Shown: one piece after another, positions 12,814-27,629 of the stretch
Layout: each line of letters begins with the position of its first letter
How positions within the stretch are numbered: position 1 is the stretch's first letter
NCBI GenBank assembly: GCA_951406725.2
Contig: OX597818.1
Coordinates: 100,750,001 to 100,814,000, forward strand
Length of the DNA stretch: 64,000 bases
Source: Octopus vulgaris
Taxonomy: Eukaryota
Direction: 5' to 3'
Made by a program: the position numbers and the translations under genes
The notes under the pieces: generated by a model
The model's input: only the letters and a program-made list of their open reading frames with translations
Databases searched by the model: none
What the model was told of the DNA's origin: nothing

Positions 12814-13640
12814 ATGAAAGACAAAATACATCGACCGTGCATGCTTGAATTGGATAAAAGTCATGACAGAGGCAATGTTCTCTGAATGGATGCGATTATT
12901 GGGGGCTTTTAAAGAAAACCTGAACACTCTTGATATGAATGCGTACGTATATGCGACTTTGTGTGTATGTACGCTAATATGAATACATCACTGGACCCGT
13001 AAATTTCTATGCTGCAATTATTGCTCATATTTGCTTTTCAACACATTCGGCATTATATTCCTTTTCCGTAAAACGAAATCTACAGCTTCCAAGATACTTC
13101 CCACTCAACACTCGCCCATCTTTTATAAAAAATTTTCTCACTTTTCTCACAGTTAACTCACTCTGTCAATTGGTTTCTGTGTCTTGCTAGATCTTCATTG
13201 CCATATAAAATTTATGTTTTTCTCAAAGTCTCTCCAAAATCAGCTATAGTTAATTAGTGCGATTTAAAGGAGTTGGTAGCAGTACCTACATTTTCGAACG
13301 GAATGTTTTAGCCGCGCAGAAGATTTTCGGATTCGAAGCATTAAAAGAGTATTAAATATTTATATATTTTCGTTGAGTTTGGGCTAAATATATAAATACG
13401 TCATCCTCTGTCTTTGCATCTCAATAAAATGCAAACTGCATTACAACAGATACCACGGCTTCGTAAGAAACATTAATCTGCTTCAGATCAAAAAGAGAAA
13501 CTCCTCCCTGTCTTTCTGTTATGGCAAAACCTTTTCTGCTTTTATTGTAGAAATCGATGTTCTAACACAAAGCAACGAAGTTTAAGGTTGACACGGCCAT
13601 ATTGTAGACACAGAAAATATGAGCTTTTATTCACAATCTA

Positions 13641-14207
13641 TTTGGTTGTCCGGAAAGTTCCTGCCGATTTATAGTAGCTTTCTTTCGACTTATTTTAGAA
13701 CATGTTCAAGTCCATAAATTAGTATTTGACCACACCTCCATTTAGAGCAAAGTTTAAGCTATCTTTTCGTGGAAGAAGGTTTATGTTCCTATAATCTGTG
13801 TTAATTCTATAACCCTTTAAATTGGAAGATAAGAAAGTTCATTTTCGGTACTTGATGCTTTGGGAACCAGACAAAAATTGCTGCAGCTCGGCTAGGATGT
13901 GTTACCTCACCCTCCATATTCACCAGATATTGCTCCTTCAGATTTCCACTTATTTAGGTCTCTGCAGAATAGTCTTAATGGTAGAAAATTCAATTCCTTG
14001 GATGACGTAGAAAGATACCTTGCTTTATTCTTTGCCATGAAACCACGTCAGTTCTGGGGAGAGGGTATTTCCAAGTTAAAGGAAAGATGGAGACGCATTG
14101 TGCAACAAAATGTTTCATATCTGGTTGATTAAAAATGTAGTGGCAAATATTTATTAACCTTTTTTTTTTCCTTTAAAAATGGGCACGAACTCTCCGGACA
14201 GCCCCAA
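13641..14207 (+). mobile_element. Internally deleted mariner (DD34D) non-autonomous element with TIRs
   Basis: TIRs TTGGTTGTCCGGAAAGTTC / GAACTCTCCGGACAGCCCCAA. N-terminal MEDKKVHFRYLMLWE is fused to C-terminal LPHPPYSPDIAPSDFHLFRSLQN. Confidence 0.92.
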
Positions 14208-16590
14208 AAGTAGAAATGCTAATAAAACAAATATATCCATTAATATACTAAAGCATTGCTACTGGCCAAAGTACCTCTACCCTCCTAGGGCACCGGGCAC
14301 AGTGCCTGGCGATATTTAAACGCGTATCCTCTAATTTCATTTCAAATTTATTAGCTTATTTCGATTTCCGTTACATCCCGCGGTGGGTGTGACAAATAAA
14401 ATAGAGGATTAACCAAATTCTAGTTTCGAACCAATAAATTATAACCCAACCACACAGAAAGGGATGATTAAGGCTTGTATTAATAATGACAATAATCATT
14501 AAAGTATAATTATAAACAATACTATTATAACACTCATGATTATCAGCCGTTATTATATGTGACCAATCTGTTGAGTTCGATGACATTATAATTGCTGGGA
14601 TACAATCCCCGTCAGAATTCAGCTCGTGTCTTAAACATTTAATTTAATATTTCCAGTGACTTCGAATGAATATTTTACAATTTCAAATCTTTCATGCAAA
14701 GAAAACAACTATCTCGTTTCTACTTTAATATAATACCAAAAACACCCGTACGAACCAATATTGCGATTCGAGTGCGTGCGTACGAGTGTGTGTGTATGTC
14801 TATGTGTGTGTCCGTTGAAAGTTGCTTTGTCTAATACTTGATATCATTTAAATTGAAATTTTTGAAATCCTAGTGGCTCTTTTAGAGATTAGCAGGCGAC
14901 GTATTTTTAATATCTCAAATTGAATGGAAAATTACAGCGGGAGAATTTGCACTACATTGAAGTTAATTAAAGTGAAATATATCAATTAAAGACAATATAT
15001 TAATAAAGTTATATGAATAGTAGCAACAAATATTCCAAGGAAATGACTGAAAAGAGCGAAAGATAGAAGGCTGAAATATAGATAAGAAGTGGACAAAGAA
15101 CAAGCAAACATTTCGCACAACGGTAGTGAAGTTATAAATATTTAAATATGAAGAGAATGAATTTGAGTGTCATGTTTAATAACATTCATTCTGTAACGAG
15201 ATATTACTAAATGATTTGACAAATAATAAATTGAACATTGAATTCAACAACAGTTCAAGTGCAGCGTGTTCTGAATTATGGGAAATAATGACAAACTTAA
15301 TGAAACTCTATAAAATATATTGAATTCAAAGATTCTGCCAAATCTTTGTAGAATTAACAATTACGAATATATTTGTTTTGCCTGCTTTTAATATTTGTAC
15401 AGTGGTGTTTTGTTCTGTTCACATAATGCATTTAGAGAAAAATATTGAATTAAATGACACCTAATGCGAGTTAAAATTTTGGTTTCCTTCTCAAGACAGA
15501 AATAAGGAAAAAATCTTGAACCAAAACGGTATTATGTAAATACCATTGTATTTAAGAATATTCGAAAATTAATTATACCTAAATGACAAGGTCACTTTGG
15601 AATTAATGGGCCTATTGAATGAAAAATTTGATTTTGTAATACTGTAATTCAATTTAGAAATAATAATGGAAGCATAATATTTCAAACAAAGATGAAAAAC
15701 AAGGAAGGTTTAACGTTTTGTCATTAAAATATATTGAAATGTATTAAACATCATTTAAATCTATTGTTACACATAACATCTTTTGGTGCTAACTACGACT
15801 ATACTGTAAAGAAAGTTTAGACCACACTAAAATGAAATTCACTAAATTATTACAGTACAAATTAAGATGGAAAATATTGCGAATATATGATAAAGTAAAC
15901 GCTATTTTGGGAGAAATATATCTCTGAAATCTACAATTTTACGTATCGTCTGGAATTTTACTTGTAAACTTAAATACCAGGATTTTAATTTCTTTGAGAA
16001 ATTGGACATTGTTTCTATCAGTTGTGCTTAACTCTGTTGGCTCGCGTTTGTAGGTACATACATACATCGTATAATACGTCACTATGCGGACGAGTGTTAT
16101 ATGTAAATGATCTGTCACAGTCCTTAGCTACTTCATTGTTTAAGTAAAGTAACAGAATGCCATGTGAATCAATTTCTAGCATATATGTATTTCACATTTA
16201 TATTGTCTAACTTGGTTGCATCGTATTAGATATGTCTTGCAAACAACTTGCACATGCAAGTGCTACCAATCAAAAACTCCGCATACCGGAAGCCAGCAAG
16301 TGTATATGGTCATCAGGAGAGAATGCGGGGCCTACCTCTCGACGGAATCAATGCACACCACCCCACTGATATGAGGCCCCGCTTGCTAGATCAGCTGGTT
16401 ATCAAATAAAGCTCAATATTCTTCTAACCATCGTTCATCGTCTCTTTTTAACCAATATATGATTTAAAGGAGATTTTTACACTATATATAGCAATCTAGC
16501 TAACATTCACATGGATTCTATAGCTCATACATAAATAGATACCGATGCACACGCATACATACATCCAGACGCATTTTTAAGTATATGTAC

Positions 16591-16887
16591 TGTTGTGTGG
16601 ACGCCCCCAGACGATGATGTAGACGAGCCCAATACGTAGATATAGAGGGAGAAGTCTAGACGTCGGGAGTGGAGTAGAGGTCATCGGAACGTGCGATGTA
16701 ACAGTGGCTAGGAAGATTTCGTGGGACACACAGCCATTGTGTAGTATTGCGACATAACATGTACCTAAAAATTGGATAAGAGATTATGGGTTAAAGAGAA
16801 CACTACATAAGATATTAGAATGTAGTTACAAAATAAACGTCTACACACAAAGTCTGATGCATTCTTCTCTGTCTCATATAAACTACA
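16591..16887 (+). mobile_element. Possible solo LTR
   Basis: GC-richer ~300-bp block, TGTTGT...ACTACA termini, AATAAA ~50 bp before the end. No TSD seen. Confidence 0.25.
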
Positions 16888-17640
16888 CTTTAAACTGAAA
16901 AATTAGTTTACTAAACATATGAATATTATTATTATTACTTTCTTGAAGCGGTCATCGAGATCAAATTTGATGGATAACAACATACATCGGATATTTAAAT
17001 AATAAGCTGGTTTAATTTGCTTTTGTGTAATGTAATTAACATACTTTGATTCTCTGACATTACGGTTTGGTAAGTACAATAAAACCATTCTAAAGTTACA
17101 TTATTAAATGGTGCTGTCTATGAATGTGATTACAGAACATAAATGCACACAATATTTACGGTTATTATTTCCATAGAGTAATTGTGTAGGTTGCTATATT
17201 ACGGAAATATCATTGCGGTTGTCTGTTTATAACTATGTATTAGATTGCTTTTCCTTTGTACAAATTGTTTTCATTGTTTTTGTCAGTATCCGTTATATAA
17301 ATACGGCTGCTGTGTTGATGTTAGTAAGTCAAGAGCGCATCGACATTTAAAGGGCTTTCTTGCTCTCGGCGTACCGCTAAATGCTTGAGATGCGATCTCG
17401 CTGCGTTGTTTTATATGCTGTCCACTTGGCAATAGGTTGATTCGGTGATTCACTCAAGAAATATTTCACAAAGATACGATTGCGCCAATAATGAGCAACT
17501 ATCGCCAGCAGCAGGAACATCAAACCTTTTATGTATTTGTCTCAGTATATTCTACTTCAAGAGTATTCTTCATATACAGATGACTATTCCGCTTAATCGA
17601 CAGAGAGGCAAAGCATAACGAACATTAAATATTGTAACGA

Positions 17641-17780
17641 ACGTAGCTCTGTGGTAAGAAGCTTGATTCTCACCCACCTGGTTCAAGGTTCAGGCCTAGT
17701 GTGTGGCGTCTTTGGTAAGTGACTTATGCTATAGCCTCAGGATGACCAAAGACTTGTGAGTGGATTTGGTGGACGGAAAC
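17641..17780 (+). mobile_element. tRNA-derived SINE family B (CORE-like), 5' part
   Basis: TGTGGTAAGAAGCTTG...GGTTCAGG...TATAGCCTCAGG...TTGTGAGTGGATTTGGT.GACGGAAAC, shared with 41707, 43315 and 60055. Confidence 0.7.
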
Positions 17781-18840
17781 GTACGGTGATAAACTATTAT
17801 ATTTAAGAGGTTGAATAAGGTAACAATTTAGGGGAGATAAGGCTAAGGTAAATTCGTAGGTAAATGTTTCGAAGAAATTCAGGTAAAAAATAAACCGCTA
17901 GAACAATTACAAGAATTTTAAAAGAAAATCAAAATGTTGGGGTCGATTCATAAGACAGACAAAAGTTGGTCAAAGCCGTGCTCCAGCATCGCCGCATTCC
18001 AATGGTTGAAAGAAGACAGTTTGAATGAAGAAGAAAGAAGAGAATTCGTAGACATAAATGTATTTGGAAATTTTCCACTTCTCGAGACTGATGCAGTTCT
18101 GGAACTTATGTATTTCTGATTTGGGATAATAATACATATTTTCTATTATTTTTTTCTGATAATATTTAAAGAGATCATAGAATGCGGTTTAGCGTACGCT
18201 GTGATGTTATTTTTCAATATTATACAAGTATCTCTTTGATACGGCCACTTTCGAAATAAAACCACTACATTCTCTTGATTATGAAAAATACGTTTGATAT
18301 TTGATTTCAAACTTGTTCACATAAAACTATGTAAACATTCATGCAATTTAGTGCGTCTGAATACCTCTTCTAACTCTAATATTCTTAATTAAAAAAGAAT
18401 ATTTCATATTTATAAATACTTCTTTGAAACATTTTCCATTCATTTTGCTTCAATGATAAGATCGTTTTGCATTTGATCTCAAAGAATTTTCGATTGCTGT
18501 TGGCCATGATTTTCTAATTAAATGTTTAGAGATGGATATCAATACAGTTGCATGAATTTGTTTATAAGTTTATGAATTTCATTATATGTTTCGTTCATAG
18601 GATTCTGTTTCGGATCAAACTCAAGGAGTACAGTATATTATAATTTCATCCATTTCTCTTTATTTAATATATGTTGTAAAATAATCAAATTCATATTAAT
18701 ATGAACGTAAACAAACAAACGAAGTTTGCTTTATAAGCGTTGAGATGTCTTAGAAATTATTTAAAATTCTCAAACGCAGGATAATGCTAATAATATGGCC
18801 TGAATAGGATAAGCTACCCGTATTTCGCAGAAAAAAGTGT

Positions 18841-18919
18841 TGGCGGCCTGCTCCGAAACTCGAACTCACACCACCGTAATTACACGACAAGGTGCTCTGA
18901 ACCAATAAGCTAAACCGCC
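18841..18919 (-). pseudogene. tRNA-like pseudogene or SINE head (Thr-CGT-like), copy 1 of a ~215-bp duplicated unit (18701-18910)
   Basis: GGCGGTTTAGCTTATTGGTTCAGAGC...GAGTTCGAGT...GGCCGCCA with A-box, B-box and acceptor stem. Confidence 0.55.
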
Positions 18920-18951
18920 CACACCACAAAATCTTCTGCAAATTTAAGATA

Positions 18952-19246
18952 CAGTGGCGGCCAAAATGTTCAGAACAGCATTTGGCCACCATGGGTTTTG
19001 CAGTAAATCACTATATCATCCATAACTTTTGTATTATCAACTCAAATTACACCAAAATCTCAGACAATACCAATTCATATAGTATTTATTGTCTGTGAAA
19101 ATTATAGAATATAAAACAACTTTAATAAAAACTTATACCTACTTTACTGACGAAAACAATTATAGAATATAAAACAACTTTTATAAAAACTTATACCTAC
19201 TTTTCTGACGAAAACAATGCCGTTCTGAACATTTTGGTCGCAACTG
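18952..19246 (+). mobile_element. Tc1-derived MITE with TA TSD and an internal ~57-bp tandem duplication
   Basis: TIRs CAGTGGCGGCCAAAATGTTCAGAAC / GTTCTGAACATTTTGGTCGCAACTG. Body matches the 3' end of the Tc1 at 35590-35807. Confidence 0.9.
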
Positions 19247-19448
19247 TATATAGAAATCACGCTTTATGAGACGCTATCATACGTTAAATTCAAATGTCGA
19301 TGAACGTAATCAAACAAACCAAGTTTGCTTTAGAGGCGTTGAGATGTTTAGAAAGTCAAAGAAATGATTATAAATTCTCAAACGCAGGATGATGCTAATA
19401 ATATAGCCTAAACAGGATAAGCTACCCTTAATTTGCAGAAAAAAATGT

Positions 19449-19518
19449 TGGCAGCCGGCTACGAGACTCGAACTCGCACCTCCGTGATTACGCGTCGCGG
19501 TGCTCTGAACCATTAAGC
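19449..19518 (-). pseudogene. tRNA-like pseudogene copy 2 (unit 19299-19518), 5'-truncated
   Basis: Anticodon arm CCGCGA-CGCGTAA-TCACGG, T arm GCGAG-TTCGAGT-CTCGT. Confidence 0.55.
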
Positions 19519-21299
19519 GTTTATTCGTTCATTTCTTTATGTACTATATGTTGTTAAATAATTAGAATATATTTAAAAAATAATTTCCGTCTCTTTTAGG
19601 GAATGTTATACCGAAAACGTTTAAGTTTTTATGACATAACTAAGGGTTGTAGTCTCGATTCCCGATCTTTAGAATATAAATTGTCTCTAAATTTTTATTT
19701 CATCATCTGAATATCAAAAAAAGAAATTTTATCCTTTTCCACCAGAGTAAATTGGAGAGATTATATTGCTTATGCAATATTTAAATGCTTTCAAATGATC
19801 CAATTTCTCCTTCCATAAAGAAAAAAATTCATTCAACGAAGCCCATCTCATTCTCCATTCATTTGAGTTGATTCTTCCTTTACTTTTAGTTCACGATATC
19901 TCAAAACAACGCTGGCATACGTTGGCTCATCTCTGTTGCTCATCGATTTGCTTCACGTTTGTTAGCTTACCATATCTCTAAATATGAAATAGCTATTTTC
20001 AAAATTAAACTGAATGCTATCTATTATAAATCGATTGTTTAGTTATGTCTATGCAATGATTCATAACCTCGATTCTCTTATTTTACTTGCATAGTACTAA
20101 ATATATACTAGTTAGTTACATGTCAAATTTTATTAAATTTGAACAATATTTTTCAAGCAATGAACAATTTTCATCAAAACAATGATAAAATTTGTCGACT
20201 TGGACTTATTGCAAGACTGCATGACAAACAACAGTACAACCACCATCGCCTCCACATCTGCCTTTCAGACTTCTGATGTCACTACCATCAATACCTTTGA
20301 CTTCCCTGCATTCCCCTCCACCACCATCACCATTGTTTTTCACATTGCTTACTCTGAGCGTCATCTCTGACCACCTCGGTTACCACCACCACCGCCACCA
20401 CCATCATCACCGCCACTTCCGCCTCTATCACAACTACAGCTCATACTATTACTATCACCCTATTCCCATCAGAAAATGGCTAAACGTGTGTGTTCTATCA
20501 GTAAGTTCAGTGTTCAGTCCCTCATTCTCTCACATGCCAACTCTTTCTTTCTTATTACTCCCACAGCCACCGTCAAGACTACTACTTTTCATAAAACATC
20601 ATCAACACTCCTTAAATTTCTTCGTTTCTATTTCTCTCCCTGACTTTTTCTTACTCTCTCTGTCTCTCTCTTTGTCTTCGCCACCGCCCTCATCTTCTCT
20701 ACGCCTACTATTATTCTCACCCCAACACGAGTATTACTAGAACTGCCATTGAATAGTCAGAGAGGGGGTCAAAGTGTGACACACTGACACATAGAAATTA
20801 GCTTTCGTATTTATTATATTAGATATTCTCATCCTCAAATCAAGTAACATGAAAATGTTCACCTTCTACTTTTGGCAATGGTCGATCCTCTGAAGTTTCT
20901 CTCTGATAATAATCTCCATATGTTTCTGAGAAAAAATCCATAAGCATATATATGTGCAAATTTATGAAATCTTTGAATCCCGTATATCAGGCAAGTTTCA
21001 TTGAAATGGCACCTTAAATTCTCCAGTGGAACTGTTTCTAAAGAAGTAGCTCATTTTCCAACCACATTCTTCTTGGATCACCTTCCTTAGGAATACGTTA
21101 CTTAATTTACAGACGTTACTTATTTTACGTAAATTTCTTAAAGGTAATATGGATGTTTAATTGATATTTTAGTATGATATATATAATTATTCTAAAACAG
21201 TAATTTCATAACTTTAGCAAATTTGTAGTTTTTGCCTCCTTCCTCAGTGCTTATTTAGTAAAATAATATATAATTAATATTCTGAGTCATTTGCATATA

Positions 21300-22060
21300 T
21301 TATCCAGCTGTAGCTCAATGCGCTATCAAGATATCCAAATGGATATTTCAGAATACTTACAAGTTCGACGACCGGTTACATATTTCCTTTTGCGGTTGAT
21401 ATTGACTTTTGATTTGGCTAATTAATTTCCATTATTCATATCTGATCTGCAAGATGCAATTATCTACAATATTGCGAAAGATCACTTTTAATTTCAGATA
21501 TTATGGATATCAAATGGGCTTTCATAAGAGGCGGTTCTTTACTGACTATATCTATTATTATGCAAATTTGCTTGGTTATAGGTTGATTGTTTTCGATTTT
21601 TTATGGTTGTTAAGCTTCTCGTGTCTCTGTATTTATGGACTCGACTTTAGAAAATAAACTAATATTAGTATGAACTCCTCTTGATTATTTCTCTTAGAAA
21701 TTATTTCTAGTATGTTTCCTTATAGAACCTGGTTTTGTTATGATTGGATATCTACTTCTTTGAATTTGAGTATAATTACATATGGGCTCCGGGTTTGAAA
21801 TATTTTTCTTATCAATATTCGATTGCTGTTTGTTAATATATCCATATATATAGGCGGACACGTATTTATCCAATTTAGAAACTTTGTTATGATTTTTGTT
21901 AGATTGAAATCTGGTTGTCCCATTTGATAATAATTCCAGAATACGTCTACATTCTTTCTTCAGTAATAATGGATTCCTTATGTGAATGGATTTCATGATG
22001 TGAATCCATATTTACGAAATATGCCCACAACACCACGACTTTTGTAATGCTGCCAACAAC
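21300..22060 (-). mobile_element. Heavily decayed Penelope-like RT thumb/linker fragment
   Basis: Frameshifted LKKECRRILELLSNG/QPDFNLTKII resembles the PLE E...I...L..NGYP motif. Confidence 0.35.
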
Positions 22061-24569
22061 TGTTTGTGTTCTTGCCTATATTATTTGCAACTTGATATAA
22101 AAAAAAAATCCATAATTGTCTAGTGTTTTCAGTTCCGTTTATATTTTCCTGTTTGTAGTTGCGAATTTCTCACTACATTGTATCTGTTCTTTTTCTTTCA
22201 CGCCGTGTAGTGCTTCATGTTATCATGCGACAATTCTTGTTTTAGAATCCTTCGTTAAATGCACATTATGTAAAGATATAATTTTCATGGTATGTTGAAA
22301 GGAGAAGAGGCTCACTGACAATCGTAAATTCCGGGTTGGTTTCGACTTGTTCTACTTTACAAACAGTTAAAGATGTCGAGTATAATCTTTTTATATCCAT
22401 ATATAAAATAGGGAGAATAGAAATACCAATATTTTCCAGTGTCCCGGTAAGTGAAAAAATATGTTCGTCTTCTCTCCCTGTTAGTCGGAGGAAGCCCAGG
22501 GCGACAATTCAAACCACAGTGCCCAGAGCTTCTGTTGTGACGATACAAGAAGGGGATGAAATTGAAAACCTTGAAAGCTTCGAGTTATAAACCACGGCTA
22601 AGTTTTCCACCAGAGAAAGATCTAAGGTTGCTAAAGGAAAGGTAGAGAGTAGACGACAAAGCAAACGTGGTCTTAAACCAGCTTAGCTAAGAGGTACAAT
22701 GAAAGCAGCTCCATCTTCACTGAGCACGTTCACTCCGGCAAAAAGCATAGGGAATATCAAAAATAAAGGAATGCCGTTTTTGACAATGCCTTCAATTTCA
22801 TAGGTGACCTTCCCGGCATGCCATACTGCGGAGGCTAACATCTTTCAGAGAAGAGGCAAATAGTAGGATAACAGTTATGTAGTTGGACCCAGAAGATATA
22901 TTCCTCTAGGGCAGTAACCCTTCTTACTTCCAAAGCATAAGCACCGTATCACTTTTAAACACCAGGTTTAAATTTTGACAATATGAGGTCAGTGGAGGAC
23001 AAATATTCGGGAAGATTTCTGCCCTAGAGTCAGGTATCATCACTTATGTTGAATTTACAAACGCTGCGAGGAAAGTCTTTTACGTTCGATCTGGAAGAAG
23101 AAGAAATGGAAACAATGGCTCTGGACATTTGCTCAGGACTGTTTTGTCACAAAATAAGATTCAGCAAGACTTGACCCGTTTCGAGAAAGAGAGAGAGGGG
23201 GGAGAGAAAGAGAGAGAGAGAAAGCTAGACAATGAGATAGAGAAAGAAAGTGAGGGTGAAAGAAAAAGAGAGAACTTGTAACATTGCAAAATATCAACGT
23301 GTGATCCTAGCTAATATTCTTCTCCGAGGGAAAGAGAAGAGAGGACCCTAAGCATAAGCTATTCAGTTTATAGGACGGGCATAACTGTAATAGCGGTGGT
23401 ACCACCACTTACCGAAGAGGGCAACTGTCGTTGAGCTCGCTGCAAGAATATAACCATATGGTCACATATGAAGTTCAATTCAGAAAACATACTTGGAGCT
23501 TGAGTCTCCTCCAAACATCTGCTGGAACCTTGCTGAAAGTGGTTGAATGATGCTTAGCTACCAAGTTAGCATTTGTATTTGTAGACGTCAGATAGAGATA
23601 TACATTTCATATATACTATTCATATCGTAACTAACCCATTTATTCATTTGAACAATCGAAAAGGCGCATTAATATCGCATATGAAATATAATTTTTCATT
23701 TCTTTTAATTCCGCTTTAAAGCTGAAACAAATAGACAAATTATTAAGAAAGCAGTTAACAAAGAACATATGTTGAGATAGATTCGGCTTCATATGACATT
23801 GTGCATACGAACCAAAATATGAATATATCATTGTAAAATTATTATTTGATTTCATATGACTTGTACTACACCTAACACCTTATGAAACTATTAGAATTAT
23901 GTATTAATTGAATACTATTGGTATTTTGAAGAAGCCGAGTTGTATGCATATAGAAAGAGTGTGAGCGTATGTACCACGAAGTAATTCGAAATAGGAAGGA
24001 TATATATATATATTTCTACTAAATGCAAGAATATAATATTCTATAGACCTAAGATGACATATTGGAAATAAAATCATTGCGTAAATTGAATCAGAATGAT
24101 ATATTCATAAATGGAGCTTAATCAGAGAAACACGCGATGCTTCCAATATTAGAAAATAATAAATATCAACTATATTAAAATTACTGGATGAAATTTCTGT
24201 AGGATATATGAATTGTCATTGAATTCCAAAGAAAATACCACACCATACGTACCATAAGTCACATCATATTTTGTAGCTACAGAGAATGTACTTCAAAACA
24301 CCACAATATCCTACCGTTGTGCTGCTATTTCTTTACGTTTACTGTATCTGTTATGAGCTGTCCTACAAATATTTGCATAGAAGGGGAGATAAACATTTAC
24401 GATATATACGTTGAAGCTCAAGGGTCACAGCATCGCTGGGCTAGGTTTGTATATTTTTCTAATCATAATATATTTCGCATTTAGGTTTATATTTATATTT
24501 CAGGTTTCTTACCAAACTTACCAATGGTATCAGCGAGTTAGAAATTGTAGATAATTATTAATTTCAAAT

Positions 24570-24700
24570 GCTGGTACAAGGCCAACAATTTCAGGTATGG
24601 GGAAAGTCAATGGCATCGACACAGTACTCAACGGCTACGTTTCTGACCCCGAAAAGATGTAAGGCAAAGTCGACGACGGTTGATTTTAGAAGACTCTGAA
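24570..24700 (-). mobile_element. SINE family A fragment, decayed
   Basis: gaccccgaaaagatgtaaggcaaagtcgac matches the family core. Confidence 0.55.
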
Positions 24701-24711
24701 AATAGTTCTGA

Positions 24712-24745
<34 letters not shown>

Positions 24746-25110
24746 TTATAATTATTTACAGGTTTGTAAACTCGGCGCCGTATAACAAAAGCCTTCACAC
24801 CGAACGCATATAGAAAGTTTGTTAGCATAAGAACAATCAGGAACTAGTACAGTTCATAAAGTTGACAGATATGGGGAGGTTGATTCGCAGGTGTAACACA
24901 GTCGCATTAACAAAGGGATATGAGTTCGACTCCCACGCGGATATGAAAGCCTTGTCTTTTCTGTCGAGAGCTTATATGCCCCTTTATGAGTCTATTTTCC
25001 TTAGTCGTTGCACGGTGAGCACCATAAGCTTGAAAATTACATAAAAATGCCATTAATATTATTTACAGGATTATAAACTCGGAGCCGCATAAAAGAACAT
25101 TCTCACCGAA

Positions 25111-25149
<39 letters not shown>

Positions 25150-25169
25150 CTTATACATCACACCTAATA

Positions 25170-25255
<86 letters not shown>

Positions 25256-25576
25256 AGATAGATAGAGAGATACTGACCATATAGCACATGGTATTTTGGT
25301 ATTTGGACGGATAACTGAAATGATGGTGTATATATTATTTATAATTTTAATCATATATATATATATATATTTATGTATATATATATACATACATACACGC
25401 ACAAGCATGCATACATTTATGTGTGTGTGTGTATATACACACATATGAATATGTATCTGTACGTGTATTTTGATATATATTTGTATGCACATATATTTGC
25501 GTACAACCATAATAGTTACGCGATTATATATATATAAAATAAACTCTATATACACTCGTGTTCTTCTTCACTTCCC

Positions 25577-25665
<89 letters not shown>

Positions 25666-26384
25666 ACATGAAATATCTTTGGCTAGGAAATAAGAATTTA
25701 ATTTTGAAATTATTGAAATGTCAAGTATTTGTCTGAAATTTTATAATTCGTGAATCCTGAAATTAATTCTTCTCCTGGAACGTTGAAAATTCACATGTTA
25801 AATCTGCAGTAGGAAACCTAAAACTTGAGCAACATGCTTATGTTAACAGTAAGACCATTCACAGCGGATTTATTGTTAAATTAAGATAAGAATACTATTC
25901 AACTGTCAGCCAAATTTTGTGACATGTTCTTTGTAACCGAATTAAATGATACGTGTTTAATGTTTGTGTCGGTTGTTCTCGTTGAATATATGGACACTTC
26001 AAGCATACTCTCTCCAATACAAGGTGAAACCTTTAAGAGCATTGATCAGTTATGTTAAGGTTCTAATAATGCAGTCACTACAGTGTCTAACCTATAGATT
26101 AGTGGCGAAGAGTGTAGCTTCAGCAATGCTGATTATTGGGAGCTAGGAACGATAATTATATGGTTCTATTCCTTACGTCCAGTTATCTTGGAAAATCAAA
26201 AATCATATATAACATCAAACCAAATATTTCGATGTGCTATTTACAATCACGTCTCTCTTTTCTTCTCGGCTCACGTGAACATGTGTGTGGTTACTTGTAT
26301 GTGTGATTGTGTGTCCATGTGTTAAAACTATAAAGACACACGTACTCCCACCTATGTGTAACATACACAAATATATATATGCAA

Positions 26385-26416
<32 letters not shown>

Positions 26417-26551
26417 GTATGTGTGTATGTGTTCTTCTGTGTGCCTATGTATCGGCATGTATTTATGGATATCTGATATGATCCGTTTCAATGAGTAATA
26501 ACACGTCTACTTACGGATACGTAAGAGTGTATATGCGAATATATGTGGGTT

Positions 26552-26584
<33 letters not shown>

Positions 26585-27629
26585 TTATATATACACATAT
26601 ATATTGGCCATCCTTGTATATGATTATATGAGTGAATATGCATGAATTTGAACAAATGTGTGTATTAGTAACTGCTGGTTTGTAATTCATGCTTTCATTG
26701 TTTAACCTGTATGGACCAACAATAAGCAAGTATACACCCTCACATGTTTGCACATTGCGATTCTTTTGCATACATATATAAGTGCGCATGTGTACGTACA
26801 ATTTTGTGTTTGAGCGAATTTAATTGTATGTCTGAATATTTGCCATCTATACCTATATTTTATGTGTGTGTATATTGCTTTCATTTGTTTACGTATGTAG
26901 GAACAAGAACCTGACCTGAGTAAATTCTATTTGAAATCGTTTGTGATGTTCGTGATAATAGTTATCGGGTATAGTTTCTCCTTAGAATCAGTGATATCCT
27001 TCCCTGTGTGGTTTGTAATTTACGCAGTTTGAAAATGAGAAAACAACTTCTGTCTCACAATGATGGAACAATGCTTGCCAGCTATCTGACATTATCACAA
27101 GTCGTTTGAGCTCCGCGTGCTTTTATCGTTGTCCAGTCTACTTAATCAATGATTCCGCTAACGTCTATATATAAATCGGTCTCATTAATATTTTCGTCGT
27201 TAACAACGCTGAAACATGTTTGTGGTTCGCGTATTACCATCAATAAATGCATGCTTTTAGTAGCGTGCTTCTCTCTGCTGTATATCATTTCCGTGCATTT
27301 TGAGTGAGCAAGTGTATCTCAATATATGTGTATCGTTTGAGCAACACTGACAAGAGTATAAATCTAAAAGAGTTATGGATTTTACAGAATAGGTTTATTG
27401 ACCGTCTAGATTTATTAAGCTTTTGACCAGAATGTATATCCCTACATGACAAAGATTATAATATGGTTCCAAAAGTGAGTTCTTAGGTAACATCTTTAAA
27501 ATATTTAGCAAAACGTTGGAATATGTTCCGAAATAGAAAATGAGTTCCACATTGTTCTCAAAAACTATGATATAAATTACGGTAAACATGATTATTCACG
27601 TTAAGTGCAAGAGATAATTTTTTTTTTTT

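Noticed and set aside
20182-20825. His/Pro-rich ORF 20276-20740 and a Helitron-like 5' end (minus strand TCTAATATAATAAAT at ~20823)
   Set aside because: The ORF is low-complexity (CAC/CAT repeats), and no matching Helitron 3' hairpin-CTAG could be placed.
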